Origin: a virus
IMG/VR virus record: IMGVR_UViG_3300014835_000071
Location: 27,338 to 91,337 of that record
Length of the DNA: 64,000 nucleotides
Strand: one strand, 5' to 3'
Positions 30,000-38,068 of the stretch are shown here, piece after piece. The notes under the pieces are model-generated. The model was not told the DNA's origin. It searched no databases and was given only the letters and a program-made list of their open reading frames with translations. A program made the position numbers and the translations under genes. The stretch's first letter is position 1; each line of letters starts with the position of its first letter.

Positions 30000-30027
30000 A
30001 GTGTCAGTGAATATCTCCACTGACACT
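30000..30027 (-). promoter_or_regulatory. Stem-loop immediately 5' of the polymerase ribosome-binding site (candidate translational operator)
   Basis: mRNA: AGUGUCAGUG-GAGAUAUU-CACUGACACU-UAAACUUGAGU-AGGAG-AGUUAACA-AUG; 10-bp stem, 8-nt loop. Confidence 0.5.
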
Positions 30028-30040
30028 AATGTTTTAATTA

Positions 30041-30295
30041 TTAAATATTTTTGGTAATGTCTAAGATAGCTTCCACTTCTTCCCATTCTTCATTATGGGT
30101 TGTCCAATTGCCCTTATGAGCAATTTTAATAGCTCGGTTGATCACACTTGGTTTAACTGCTAATTCTTCGGCGATTGCGTTAACTGTTTCTTTCAACCCT
30201 TCACGCAAATCATCAATTTCACGTAAAATAGTACCACCTTCGGTTATCAACACGGTTAATTTTTTCATTTCTTCTGGACCATAACTTCTGCTCAT
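30041..30295 (-). CDS. Double-stranded DNA-binding protein, T4 DsbA-like
   Basis: 84 aa from ATG 30295; L..LI.E......I......+....A.EEL.V....+NR.+...HK........EE+...D pattern matches T4 DsbA as recalled. Confidence 0.65.
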   Translation of the reverse strand: MSRSYGPEEMKKLTVLITEGGTILREIDDLREGLKETVNAIAEELAVKPSVINRAIKIAHKGNWTTHNEEWEEVEAILDITKNI

Positions 30296-30328
30296 AATAT
30301 TTTCCATTTGGTAAGTTTAAAAAAATAT

Positions 30329-30357
30329 ATTATATATCAATAATTCAGTGATGTCAA
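30329..30357 (-). promoter_or_regulatory. Consensus sigma70 promoter for DsbA-like/polymerase genes
   Basis: - strand TTGACA-N17-TATAAT, exact consensus. Confidence 0.9.
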
Positions 30358-30375
30358 GCGCCATTTTAATAAATC

Positions 30376-30383
30376 GATAAATA
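30376..30383 (+). promoter_or_regulatory. Putative late promoter (GATAAATA) for the HNH gene
   Basis: 5 nt upstream of ATG 30389; no obvious Shine-Dalgarno. Confidence 0.4.
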
Positions 30384-30388
30384 TTAAA

Positions 30389-30835
30389 ATGACTAACCAT
30401 AGAATTCCCCCAAAGCCAGCGCATTTTGAATTATCGACCCCAGGTACATGCCGCTGGTGTAATAGGAAAATTGGATTAACACCAAAAGGTAGAGAAAGTA
30501 AGTCAACTTGGCATCGACATTGTCTTGTCGAATACAAATTGCTATTTTGGCCATCCACTACTAGAAAAGCAGTATGGAAACGTGATAAGGGTAGATGCAA
30601 TACGTGTAATACAGTATGTACTAAATCAGGCTTGACAAAATGGCATATGGATCACATCATACCATTAATTCAGGCACATGGAAATTTAAAATATTGGCAG
30701 TTGGGCAATTTACAAACATTATGTAATCCATGCCACACAGTGAAAACATCAGCCGAAGCTACTGCTAGGGCAGTAGTTCGCCGTGCGTTGAAAAAAGAAG
30801 TAACTGGTGGGGCATTAGTTATACCCCACGTATGA
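30389..30835 (+). CDS. HNH endonuclease
   Basis: 148 aa; RDKGRCNTC...HMDHIIPL...NLQTLCNPCH.VKT is a canonical Zn-binding HNH domain; extra CRWC; only + strand gene between 17.7 and 64 kb. Confidence 0.9.
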   Translation: MTNHRIPPKPAHFELSTPGTCRWCNRKIGLTPKGRESKSTWHRHCLVEYKLLFWPSTTRKAVWKRDKGRCNTCNTVCTKSGLTKWHMDHIIPLIQAHGNLKYWQLGNLQTLCNPCHTVKTSAEATARAVVRRALKKEVTGGALVIPHV

Positions 30836-30838
30836 ATA

Positions 30839-32458
30839 TCAATTATTAATTAATGATAATTTATTTTGTAAAATCCGCATTGATTCAGCTACCGCATGTT
30901 CCTGGTACTTATTCATGAAAGATTGTGTGATATCACCAGGCGCACTTACCGGTTGGGATACTGCTGGTTTTGGTGTGGTATCTTTAATTACTTGGTCCAG
31001 TCCAGTGCTAATTTTACTACTACTTAATTCCCATTCCTGAGCTTTTTTTGTTTGTGGTCCCATTATGCCATCAACTTTTAGTGGGTATCCACGCTTAACC
31101 AATTCTTGCTGTATTTTGGCTACTTCTGGGTCGTACTCACCGTGTTTAGTACCAGAAGTTTGTGACATGCTAGCGTTTGGCGTACCACCATTATTGTGTA
31201 TTAAATTGGACACAATTGGAATTGCCGACAATATTCCGCCAGCGGCAATTGCTTTTGGATTTGCCCTAATCCAAGCAAGTAAACCAGATTGTTTAATAGC
31301 TGCACGATCAGCCGCCGCTAATGCTGGATTAGCTAGTAAAGTGTCGGTTATATTAGCCAATTGAGCAGGTGGCAACTGTTCAAGTTTATTTAATTGCTTA
31401 ACTAATGGTCCAGATGCATGCCATACAGCATCATTGAATCCAGCAGCACCTTTTGGTCTTATATAGTCATCTCCCACTTTTTTCACCTCTGTCCATTTTC
31501 CAATGGCTTTTGGATCTTTAGCAAATAGTTTACCATCGATATTTTTAACACCCAGACGTTTCACGGCATCTGAAAATTCTTGTTGCCCAGGTGATAATTT
31601 TTCAATTGCTTTCTCGGCAGCTGGCATGATTGTTTTGCCAGCTCCTTTAACGGCGTTTTTACCTGCTTTAAATAGCGTGTCCACTAGACCTTCGGAAATT
31701 TCTGAAAGCTCAATCATTGCTAATCTATCTCTTAATGACGCAATGTCTTCGGCGACAGTGGTTGGTGCCGGTACACTGATACCAGCGGCAGCATATGTAT
31801 TCTTACCTGGCTGTCCATCAACGGTTAACCCGTGTTGTCGTTGCCAAATTTTTAATTTTTCGTAAGTATCTGGTCCATATATATTATCCGGTTTAGTACC
31901 AATAATGCGCTGTAACGCACGTAATGGCTCATCACCGCTCACAGATGCGGGATTGGTCGTGGTAGGTTTCGTGGTGGTAGTTGAAGTAGCTGTTGCACCA
32001 CTTGGGTAATAATAGTCAACGGCCATATCAACTAGCTCATGCACGTTACCATCGAACACATACCCAGCAGCAACACCGCCAGCCAATCCAGCAACAGCGG
32101 CACCAAGTGGGCCAGCTGCTGCACCAATCGCTGCGCCTATGGTTGAACCAGCTGTGAATAATCCAACTTCCGCAACCACTTTTGTTATGATTTTCGCAAC
32201 TGCCGATCTATACTGCTCTTTTGGCATATCAGTTGGCAAATCTTTAATTTGGTCAAATGCCTGCCACGCAGCAACTACACCAGTCAATGGTGATTTGATA
32301 GCATTAGCAATTTTACTAAGCTTGGCACCTATTCCAGATGTTGCACCCTTAGTCATAGCAGGGTTAACTAAATCAGTCTCTGTGATTGGGTTATACCCAA
32401 AGCTTTCAATTAATGTATTGGCTATCCTAGCATTTTTAATTTCATTTTTTATCATCAT
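30839..32458 (-). CDS. Probable capsid-internal/ejection protein with two peptidoglycan-binding domains and a glycine-zipper segment
   Basis: 539 aa; LQ...G...D..YGP.T...WQ..HGL.VDG..G..T and VAKIQQELVKRGY...VDGIMGPQT (PG-binding domains); GAAIGAAAGPLGAAVAGLAGG hydrophobic run; LIE-S, VAE-D, ISE-G, VAE-S sites. Confidence 0.7.
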   Translation of the reverse strand: MMIKNEIKNARIANTLIESFGYNPITETDLVNPAMTKGATSGIGAKLSKIANAIKSPLTGVVAAWQAFDQIKDLPTDMPKEQYRSAVAKIITKVVAEVGLFTAGSTIGAAIGAAAGPLGAAVAGLAGGVAAGYVFDGNVHELVDMAVDYYYPSGATATSTTTTKPTTTNPASVSGDEPLRALQRIIGTKPDNIYGPDTYEKLKIWQRQHGLTVDGQPGKNTYAAAGISVPAPTTVAEDIASLRDRLAMIELSEISEGLVDTLFKAGKNAVKGAGKTIMPAAEKAIEKLSPGQQEFSDAVKRLGVKNIDGKLFAKDPKAIGKWTEVKKVGDDYIRPKGAAGFNDAVWHASGPLVKQLNKLEQLPPAQLANITDTLLANPALAAADRAAIKQSGLLAWIRANPKAIAAGGILSAIPIVSNLIHNNGGTPNASMSQTSGTKHGEYDPEVAKIQQELVKRGYPLKVDGIMGPQTKKAQEWELSSSKISTGLDQVIKDTTPKPAVSQPVSAPGDITQSFMNKYQEHAVAESMRILQNKLSLINN

Positions 32459-33074
32459 TATTCCTGCTTTTACTAATAGGTTTAGTCAGTAATTTTTGTT
32501 CGCCAATTATTGCATCGTATTCAGTCATTGATAATACATTGCCGCGCTTACTTAATTGAATCATCATTTCAGTTATATTATGCAAATCCATATCTGTTTT
32601 AGCATCTTCCCTGGCATATTCAAGTAGTCGGATTAACAATGGGATATCCAATTTAACAATATCTGGTTTATTTTCAATGGATTCAGCTGGTTCATTACTC
32701 TGTAGTCCTGGTCCAACTCCACCAGTGAATCCAGCAGTATGCCCATTGATTACTGAATCTTTTATCTGTATTCGCTCGGCAATGATTTTGGCATATTGCC
32801 GCATTGTTTGTCGTTTTTGTAATTGTTGTTCAATTAATTCATTTTCAACGTCGGTGACATGCTGCCTAAGCAATGAAGGTTTACTTACCGTGCGTTGTTC
32901 AACAACTGAGTTGGTATAATGGGACATTACCATCTGCACTGGCAAACTAACTTTATGTGGATTAGAACCTTCATTAATAATGGTTCTAAACTTAGACATT
33001 TCGGCAGTGACTGAAGTTCCTACCGGTATTGCATCAGTTTTTGCCAATACTTGTAGGATTCTTTTCATTTCCAT
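32442..33074 (-). CDS. Hypothetical protein, probable head-internal protein
   Basis: 210 aa; INE-G site; coupled to neighbours. Confidence 0.7.
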   Translation of the reverse strand: MEMKRILQVLAKTDAIPVGTSVTAEMSKFRTIINEGSNPHKVSLPVQMVMSHYTNSVVEQRTVSKPSLLRQHVTDVENELIEQQLQKRQTMRQYAKIIAERIQIKDSVINGHTAGFTGGVGPGLQSNEPAESIENKPDIVKLDIPLLIRLLEYAREDAKTDMDLHNITEMMIQLSKRGNVLSMTEYDAIIGEQKLLTKPISKSRNNDDKK

Positions 33075-33949
33075 TATTTTAGTCCACTTAACATCTTGAT
33101 GTTGGATAATTCAGTAGATTCAGCTAATTTTGTTACACTAGCTGGTTTAACTATTTTTTTAATATCTTTTGATTTATTAGCGATCTTGCTGACACGATCT
33201 TTAGTTAATAAGTCTTCGCCAACTGCTTCTTTAACAGCTTTAACTTTATTTTTCCACATGGCCGCAGCGGCCACTTTCTTACCTGCTTCTTTACTGCCAT
33301 ATTCTTTGGCAGCCTTAGTTGCTACTTTTTGAAAACCTTTACCTGGCTTACCGATATCTTTACCAGCTTTGACAGTTGCTGATTTTTCTTTGGCGGTTAA
33401 TCCAGTACTAGGCACAGCTTCGGCTAATTTAGTATCTTTGACGGATTTTTCTGTTGTAGATTTCTTCTTAGCAAATGGCCATTTATTAGATTTGGTTGGT
33501 TTCTTGACCAATGATAGTTTTGTATCATCTTTGGCAACTGGTTTAGCCGATATCTTATTTGCTTGTAGTTGTTTAAGGTTTTTAATTTTTGATTTTGCTT
33601 CTAGCAATTTGTTTTTCATTACAAGTTTTTGATTTTCGGATAGAACATCACTATTGTCTAGTTGATGACCGTATTCACTGAATTTCATTTCATATTCTAA
33701 GTAATGATAGACTGATGCGATATAATCTGCTGCTTTGGTGACTTTAGCTTGAACCCAAGATTCGAGTTGGGTATCATCTTCAAGTTTTTTAAATAATTTA
33801 TAGCTATAATTTGCCAATTTAAATAAATCAGCTTTTACCATCGCACCTTCGTTATCAGCGTTGCCATCAGGTATTAGATCAGTGGGTTCACGTGAGACTG
33901 CGTGATTAGTTATGTCTTCAAACTCATTTAATCTTTGGTTATGTTTCAT
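33074..33949 (-). CDS. Lys-rich probable head-internal/core protein
   Basis: 291 aa; LNE-F, LSE-N, LLE-A, LAE-A, VKE-A, LAE-S sites separating short basic segments. Confidence 0.7.
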   Translation of the reverse strand: MKHNQRLNEFEDITNHAVSREPTDLIPDGNADNEGAMVKADLFKLANYSYKLFKKLEDDTQLESWVQAKVTKAADYIASVYHYLEYEMKFSEYGHQLDNSDVLSENQKLVMKNKLLEAKSKIKNLKQLQANKISAKPVAKDDTKLSLVKKPTKSNKWPFAKKKSTTEKSVKDTKLAEAVPSTGLTAKEKSATVKAGKDIGKPGKGFQKVATKAAKEYGSKEAGKKVAAAAMWKNKVKAVKEAVGEDLLTKDRVSKIANKSKDIKKIVKPASVTKLAESTELSNIKMLSGLK

Positions 33950-33968
33950 GGTTTACTCCGTTATGTAA

Positions 33969-33976
33969 TATTTATC
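33969..33976 (-). promoter_or_regulatory. Putative late promoter (GATAAATA)
   Basis: 19 nt upstream of ATG 33949, followed by GGAG RBS. Confidence 0.5.
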
Positions 33977-34175
33977 TTCTTTTGATACTTCCGCCGGTCA
34001 ATAAGTTGACGTCCATATCTATCGCATTTTTCATAGTGCCATTTGCGTTTTTAAGTGATTTTGCTGGTTTATTCTTGTATATTGGACCTACCGCGACATT
34101 AGCCGCGTTTGTTGCACCAGCAGTCGCATCTTCTGAGAGCGATATGTCTCGTCCTAATAATTCTGAAATTTTCAT
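33972..34175 (-). CDS. Small probable head-internal protein (MKISELL N-terminus)
   Basis: Start reassigned to ATG 34175 (TAATG coupling); 67 aa; ISE-L and LSE-D sites. Confidence 0.7.
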   Translation of the reverse strand: MKISELLGRDISLSEDATAGATNAANVAVGPIYKNKPAKSLKNANGTMKNAIDMDVNLLTGGSIKRR

Positions 34176-34429
34176 TAAGGTTTCCTGCCAAACCAGTGAA
34201 TAAACCATTCTTCGGTACCGGGTTCGATACGCTTTTCACGTTGTTCAGTACCCCTTGTATCGGAGAAACTTGATGTAGCTGCACGATGTTCATGTAATCG
34301 CACATCTGCCCCCAATCCAGCCATATGTGCATTAATTTTCAATTCTTGGATTGGGTCATCTGGTGCTAAGTAGCAATCGTCTGGACTGTCATAAGTTAAA
34401 TCTGCCGTTGTTATTCGATATTGCTTCAT
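34175..34429 (-). CDS. Hypothetical protein
   Basis: 84 aa; coupled on both sides. Confidence 0.75.
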   Translation of the reverse strand: MKQYRITTADLTYDSPDDCYLAPDDPIQELKINAHMAGLGADVRLHEHRAATSSFSDTRGTEQREKRIEPGTEEWFIHWFGRKP

Positions 34430-35313
34430 TATACTCCGTATTTGTTTTTCTTAAATGTGGCCACTGCACTTTTAGTATTTACATCTGGCAATTCTTCTGA
34501 TTTAGTAGAGCCATGTTTAGCCGGGGTGACTCCCATCGCAATAGCGGCCTTGCGCTGAATTTCAACATCAGCATCAGTGTACCCAATTGTTACCATACGA
34601 CCACCTACCGGACCACGTTTGTCCATATTATCAGCAGGTGCACCTGCTAATGCCACTCCGTATCTATACCCAGCATATGTACTATTATTATTGTCAAGAT
34701 CTTTCCATACTTGCAGGTTTGGTATTGCTCGTTGAGTGGCAACACGCAACTTTCCTTCCCGAACCATTGTATTATGCATATCTTGCATAGCAGATTCTAA
34801 ATTGAAAGCATCAAGATTCTTCTTTGGCGTTCTTGAATTGACATCAACTGTTGAATTTTGGGCAGTTATTTTACCAACTCCAGCACATTCAGGCATATCT
34901 GATTCATTAGCACGGATTCTTGATTTAAATTTTCTTCCTGATTTTTTTAATTGGTTCCACGGGTTATTCAAGTCATGTCTAGTTCCACGACTGCCTTGTT
35001 TTCGTGCAAACATAGCCAATGATTCATCGGCGATTGGATCACTCGATGTTTCGGGAACTTTGGTAGGTAATCCTGTATGTTTAGTTTTAGCAAAATCAGT
35101 TACGTCTTGCTTATTCATTGATTTAGCCACTTTGGCAACTTGTTTACTCGCTGTTTTCTTCCCAGTTTGAGCAGCATGCACCATACCCATAAATTTCTGC
35201 TGTGCTTTTGATTTTGAAACTTCCGACAGTGGGATCATTCCATCATTTTTAAGGATATTATATAATCCTTCGAGCATAGCACTGGTGTCTAATCTAATCT
35301 TACTATCTTTCAT
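34429..35313 (-). CDS. Modular probable head-internal protein
   Basis: ATG 35313 with GAGGA RBS; 294 aa; short basic modules separated by LSE-V, ADE-S, ANE-S, VRE-G. Confidence 0.7.
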   Translation of the reverse strand: MKDSKIRLDTSAMLEGLYNILKNDGMIPLSEVSKSKAQQKFMGMVHAAQTGKKTASKQVAKVAKSMNKQDVTDFAKTKHTGLPTKVPETSSDPIADESLAMFARKQGSRGTRHDLNNPWNQLKKSGRKFKSRIRANESDMPECAGVGKITAQNSTVDVNSRTPKKNLDAFNLESAMQDMHNTMVREGKLRVATQRAIPNLQVWKDLDNNNSTYAGYRYGVALAGAPADNMDKRGPVGGRMVTIGYTDADVEIQRKAAIAMGVTPAKHGSTKSEELPDVNTKSAVATFKKNKYGV

Positions 35314-35324
35314 CGTAAAAATCC

Positions 35325-35873
35325 TCAATCATATTCTAAAAATTCTTCAATTATATCAAAGAATTTAATCACTCTTGTATTTAGTTCAATTTCAGTATCA
35401 GCCGATATGCCAGCTTCATTGGTGAACATTTCCCGGTCACCAATGCGTACCGCCTCTCGCAAATTCGACGCCGTTGCTAATCTAGGGGTTAATACATGCT
35501 GTATTGTTCTAAACTTAAAAAATCCATGTGTATTTACTATACCATTGTACATGTTCAATCGATCAGTTAACCAGTTTTCGTCAGTACAAACATAAAGATC
35601 AATTCCGTCACCTAAATCAGCATAAATACCGGCTGCTAATGAAAACAAATTCTTAGTTATTACGATATGCTGCGTTATAGATGGCATGATAGTTTGCATT
35701 GCTAGTAATTTAACTGATATAGGCAATGGGTCATGCTGACCATGTGTGTCTGGATTAGTGCCGACGTAATAATCATCAAATTGACTAGCAATTTCCCACA
35801 TTGCTTTGTGACCTTTATGTGGTGGATTGAATCTACCAAAGCAAATACCAACTGTTCGACTATCTATATTCAT
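35325..35873 (-). CDS. HxGH-family (cytidylyl/adenylyltransferase-like) nucleotidyltransferase
   Basis: Start reassigned to ATG 35873; 182 aa; FGRFNPPHKGH (HxGH) and C-terminal ATASNLR. Confidence 0.8.
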   Translation of the reverse strand: MNIDSRTVGICFGRFNPPHKGHKAMWEIASQFDDYYVGTNPDTHGQHDPLPISVKLLAMQTIMPSITQHIVITKNLFSLAAGIYADLGDGIDLYVCTDENWLTDRLNMYNGIVNTHGFFKFRTIQHVLTPRLATASNLREAVRIGDREMFTNEAGISADTEIELNTRVIKFFDIIEEFLEYD

Positions 35874-36957
35874 TGGGTAACCACCGATGTCTAGGTACAA
35901 GTTTAACATTGCCAAATTTCTTATCAATATCTGAATATTTAACCCACCCCTCTGAATTACTGACCTGAATATCAACTGGTTCATTAACTAATTGATCAAT
36001 TATACAATTTTTTAACGTCATTATGTGTCTAACAAGTTCAAACATGATCATTAATGCATCTGGATGTTGTAAAAGCCTGTTATTAATCTTCAATTGTTGT
36101 GGTTTACTTACTTTACTACATAATAGCCAATCATTAAAAGTAGCGCCCAATTCAGATAATTTGTGGTTTTTTGCAGTTGTATTTGTATATCGGTATAGAT
36201 AGTCTTTAAATAAACTGACCCCACTCATCGGTGCCAATACCATATCTATTACAGCTGTATGTTCAGTTATGAAATTATCAATAAAATTAACTGTTAATTC
36301 AGGCATTACCAATGCTTGATTGGCATAGAATGGACTCAATACAATTAATTCAGTTGAGTTAAATTCATCAAATGTATCTTTTGGCAATTGTGCATCATCC
36401 GACAGCCCAAACTTATCAAAATAAGCATGTCCAACAACTAACACGGATGATTTACCTATGCGTTGTCCCAATGGAGAATCGTTCTTGATATGATAACCAG
36501 ATTTTCTATTTGGATATAGGTTATAAACATCATTTTCATCTACCTCTGGCTGTTCTATATACAATGCGTCAGCATATACGAATCCAACAAAATTCGCAGG
36601 TGTTGCTTGTTCAAATATCGAAAATAAATTAGCAAAAGTGGTAGCAAACGCAGTTCGTTCCATTATTTCAGCCGTTGTTCTGGGTGAACCTGATTTATTC
36701 ACTATAAAATCATACAATTCATCACTAGTGGTTGATTTAATACCACGTGACCACCCATTATGCCCAGTTAAGATAAATGGCCCATCTATTGTTTCTCTAC
36801 CCCAATATATTTGTAATCCACCATCCCATTTCATACGAACTGAATTGGTATCATGAAATATCTCAGTTAAATGACACATTGCCTCACGGGCACCTGATGA
36901 ACCATAAAAAAATACCAAATCTTCAACATGATTGAATGCTCTGCCTAGTTTTTTCAT
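35860..36957 (-). CDS. KxDG ligase/capping-enzyme-fold nucleotidyltransferase-like protein
   Basis: 365 aa; motif I MKWDG, motif III-like VYADAL, motif IV EGWV, motif V VKLV in the expected order. Confidence 0.65.
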   Translation of the reverse strand: MKKLGRAFNHVEDLVFFYGSSGAREAMCHLTEIFHDTNSVRMKWDGGLQIYWGRETIDGPFILTGHNGWSRGIKSTTSDELYDFIVNKSGSPRTTAEIMERTAFATTFANLFSIFEQATPANFVGFVYADALYIEQPEVDENDVYNLYPNRKSGYHIKNDSPLGQRIGKSSVLVVGHAYFDKFGLSDDAQLPKDTFDEFNSTELIVLSPFYANQALVMPELTVNFIDNFITEHTAVIDMVLAPMSGVSLFKDYLYRYTNTTAKNHKLSELGATFNDWLLCSKVSKPQQLKINNRLLQHPDALMIMFELVRHIMTLKNCIIDQLVNEPVDIQVSNSEGWVKYSDIDKKFGNVKLVPRHRWLPNEYR

Positions 36958-37601
36958 ATATTATACGTGTGTTTGATTGATTGTAATTTAAAAGGTTGGT
37001 TAATTAATGCCAATAACATTTTAGCAGGTGACCGTAAGTCATCAGCCACTGCAGCTGCGTCTATGATGACTTTGGCTATGTGGTCTTTGTTACGTGTAAT
37101 AAGTTCTTTAGTGATTCTATTCATTAATCCACGATATGGGCTTATTATTAAGTCTGGGGATGTCAATTTAGCTAAGTCCGCCCATATACTAACGATGAGT
37201 TTACCAGTTATGTCAGGGGTATCATATTCATGATCATGTAATAGTTGAATATCAAGTGGGTATTCAACTGTCATTAAATCAACTTGAATAAATTCGCCAT
37301 TTAATGAAAGACCTACATGAACACTAACCCCAGATCTACGCGAAATTAATCCATTGGCTGTTAGATAGTCAGACAACAATTGTCTACTGACTCGAATATC
37401 CGGTGGATACGATGGGAAAATAGCTAACAGTTCGGTGGTATCAATTAATATGTCAATATCCATACTAATTTCTTTTTTACCAGCACTACCGAATGGAAAA
37501 ATAGATAGTTCATGCGGTAGTATAGTTTTTAATTGCTGGATTGCTAGTTGATAATCACATTTTTTTATTGGACGGGCGTTTGGAATTATTTTTCCGCTCA
37601 T
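36954..37601 (-). CDS. Pol-beta superfamily nucleotidyltransferase
   Basis: 215 aa from ATG 37601; FGSAGKKEISMDIDILI (GS-x8-DxD) plus third acid in IQVDL. Confidence 0.75.
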   Translation of the reverse strand: MSGKIIPNARPIKKCDYQLAIQQLKTILPHELSIFPFGSAGKKEISMDIDILIDTTELLAIFPSYPPDIRVSRQLLSDYLTANGLISRRSGVSVHVGLSLNGEFIQVDLMTVEYPLDIQLLHDHEYDTPDITGKLIVSIWADLAKLTSPDLIISPYRGLMNRITKELITRNKDHIAKVIIDAAAVADDLRSPAKMLLALINQPFKLQSIKHTYNI

Positions 37602-37971
37602 TATGTTTACCATCGGTTATGTGTTGACAAACCTCTTCGTGTAATTTTTCACATATCTCATTGCATAGTGCGTCATCTAATGAGTCATCTAATATACGAA
37701 TTGGATATTTTTGTACATACATATGGTAGCATTTATGAACCGCATTGTCAAACACACTAGGCTTAGTTGATTTATTGGCATTGATTCGATCTATGCATAT
37801 GGATATAGTAGGATGTAAATGGCGGCGATATGCCTCGTCATCATTATTCATAAAGAATATTAAATCACCAACCAAATCAAAGTCTAATTCTTGACCACCT
37901 TTGTCACCAATTTGTTTAATATGATCTCGTTCGTTAAAATTGTTGCCTTCTAATAGTTCTATAATACGCAT
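37555..37971 (-). CDS. Hypothetical protein, probable head-internal protein (MRIIELLEG N-terminus)
   Basis: 138 aa; first gene after the late-promoter motif at 37995; IIE-L, LLE-G sites. Confidence 0.7.
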   Translation of the reverse strand: MRIIELLEGNNFNERDHIKQIGDKGGQELDFDLVGDLIFFMNNDDEAYRRHLHPTISICIDRINANKSTKPSVFDNAVHKCYHMYVQKYPIRILDDSLDDALCNEICEKLHEEVCQHITDGKHNERKNNSKRPSNKKM

Positions 37972-37994
37972 CAGTTAATTCCAGTTAATAATAG

Positions 37995-38002
37995 TATTTA
38001 GC
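37995..38002 (-). promoter_or_regulatory. Putative late promoter (GCTAAATA) heading the 37971-33972 gene run
   Basis: 23 nt upstream of ATG 37971, directly after the clpA terminator. Confidence 0.55.
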
Positions 38003-38009
38003 TTAATTA

Positions 38010-38047
38010 AAAAACCCCAGGTACATAGATATATACCTGGGGTTTTT
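38010..38047 (-). terminator. Intrinsic terminator downstream of clpA
   Basis: 14-bp arms aaaaaccccaggta / tacctggggttttt, 10-nt loop, T-run in both orientations. Confidence 0.85.
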
Positions 38048-38068
38048 AAGTTCAATGATTAAGTTGAG

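Noticed and set aside
35874-35984. Longer start for the HxGH gene; similarly the extended starts listed at 34208, 42585 and 49845
   Set aside because: Extensions lie inside upstream genes; internal ATGs give stop/start coupling or an RBS.
37555-37601. 47-nt overlap between the 138-aa gene and the NTase as a programmed frameshift
   Set aside because: No slippery heptamer with downstream structure; a simple C-terminal run-on explains it.
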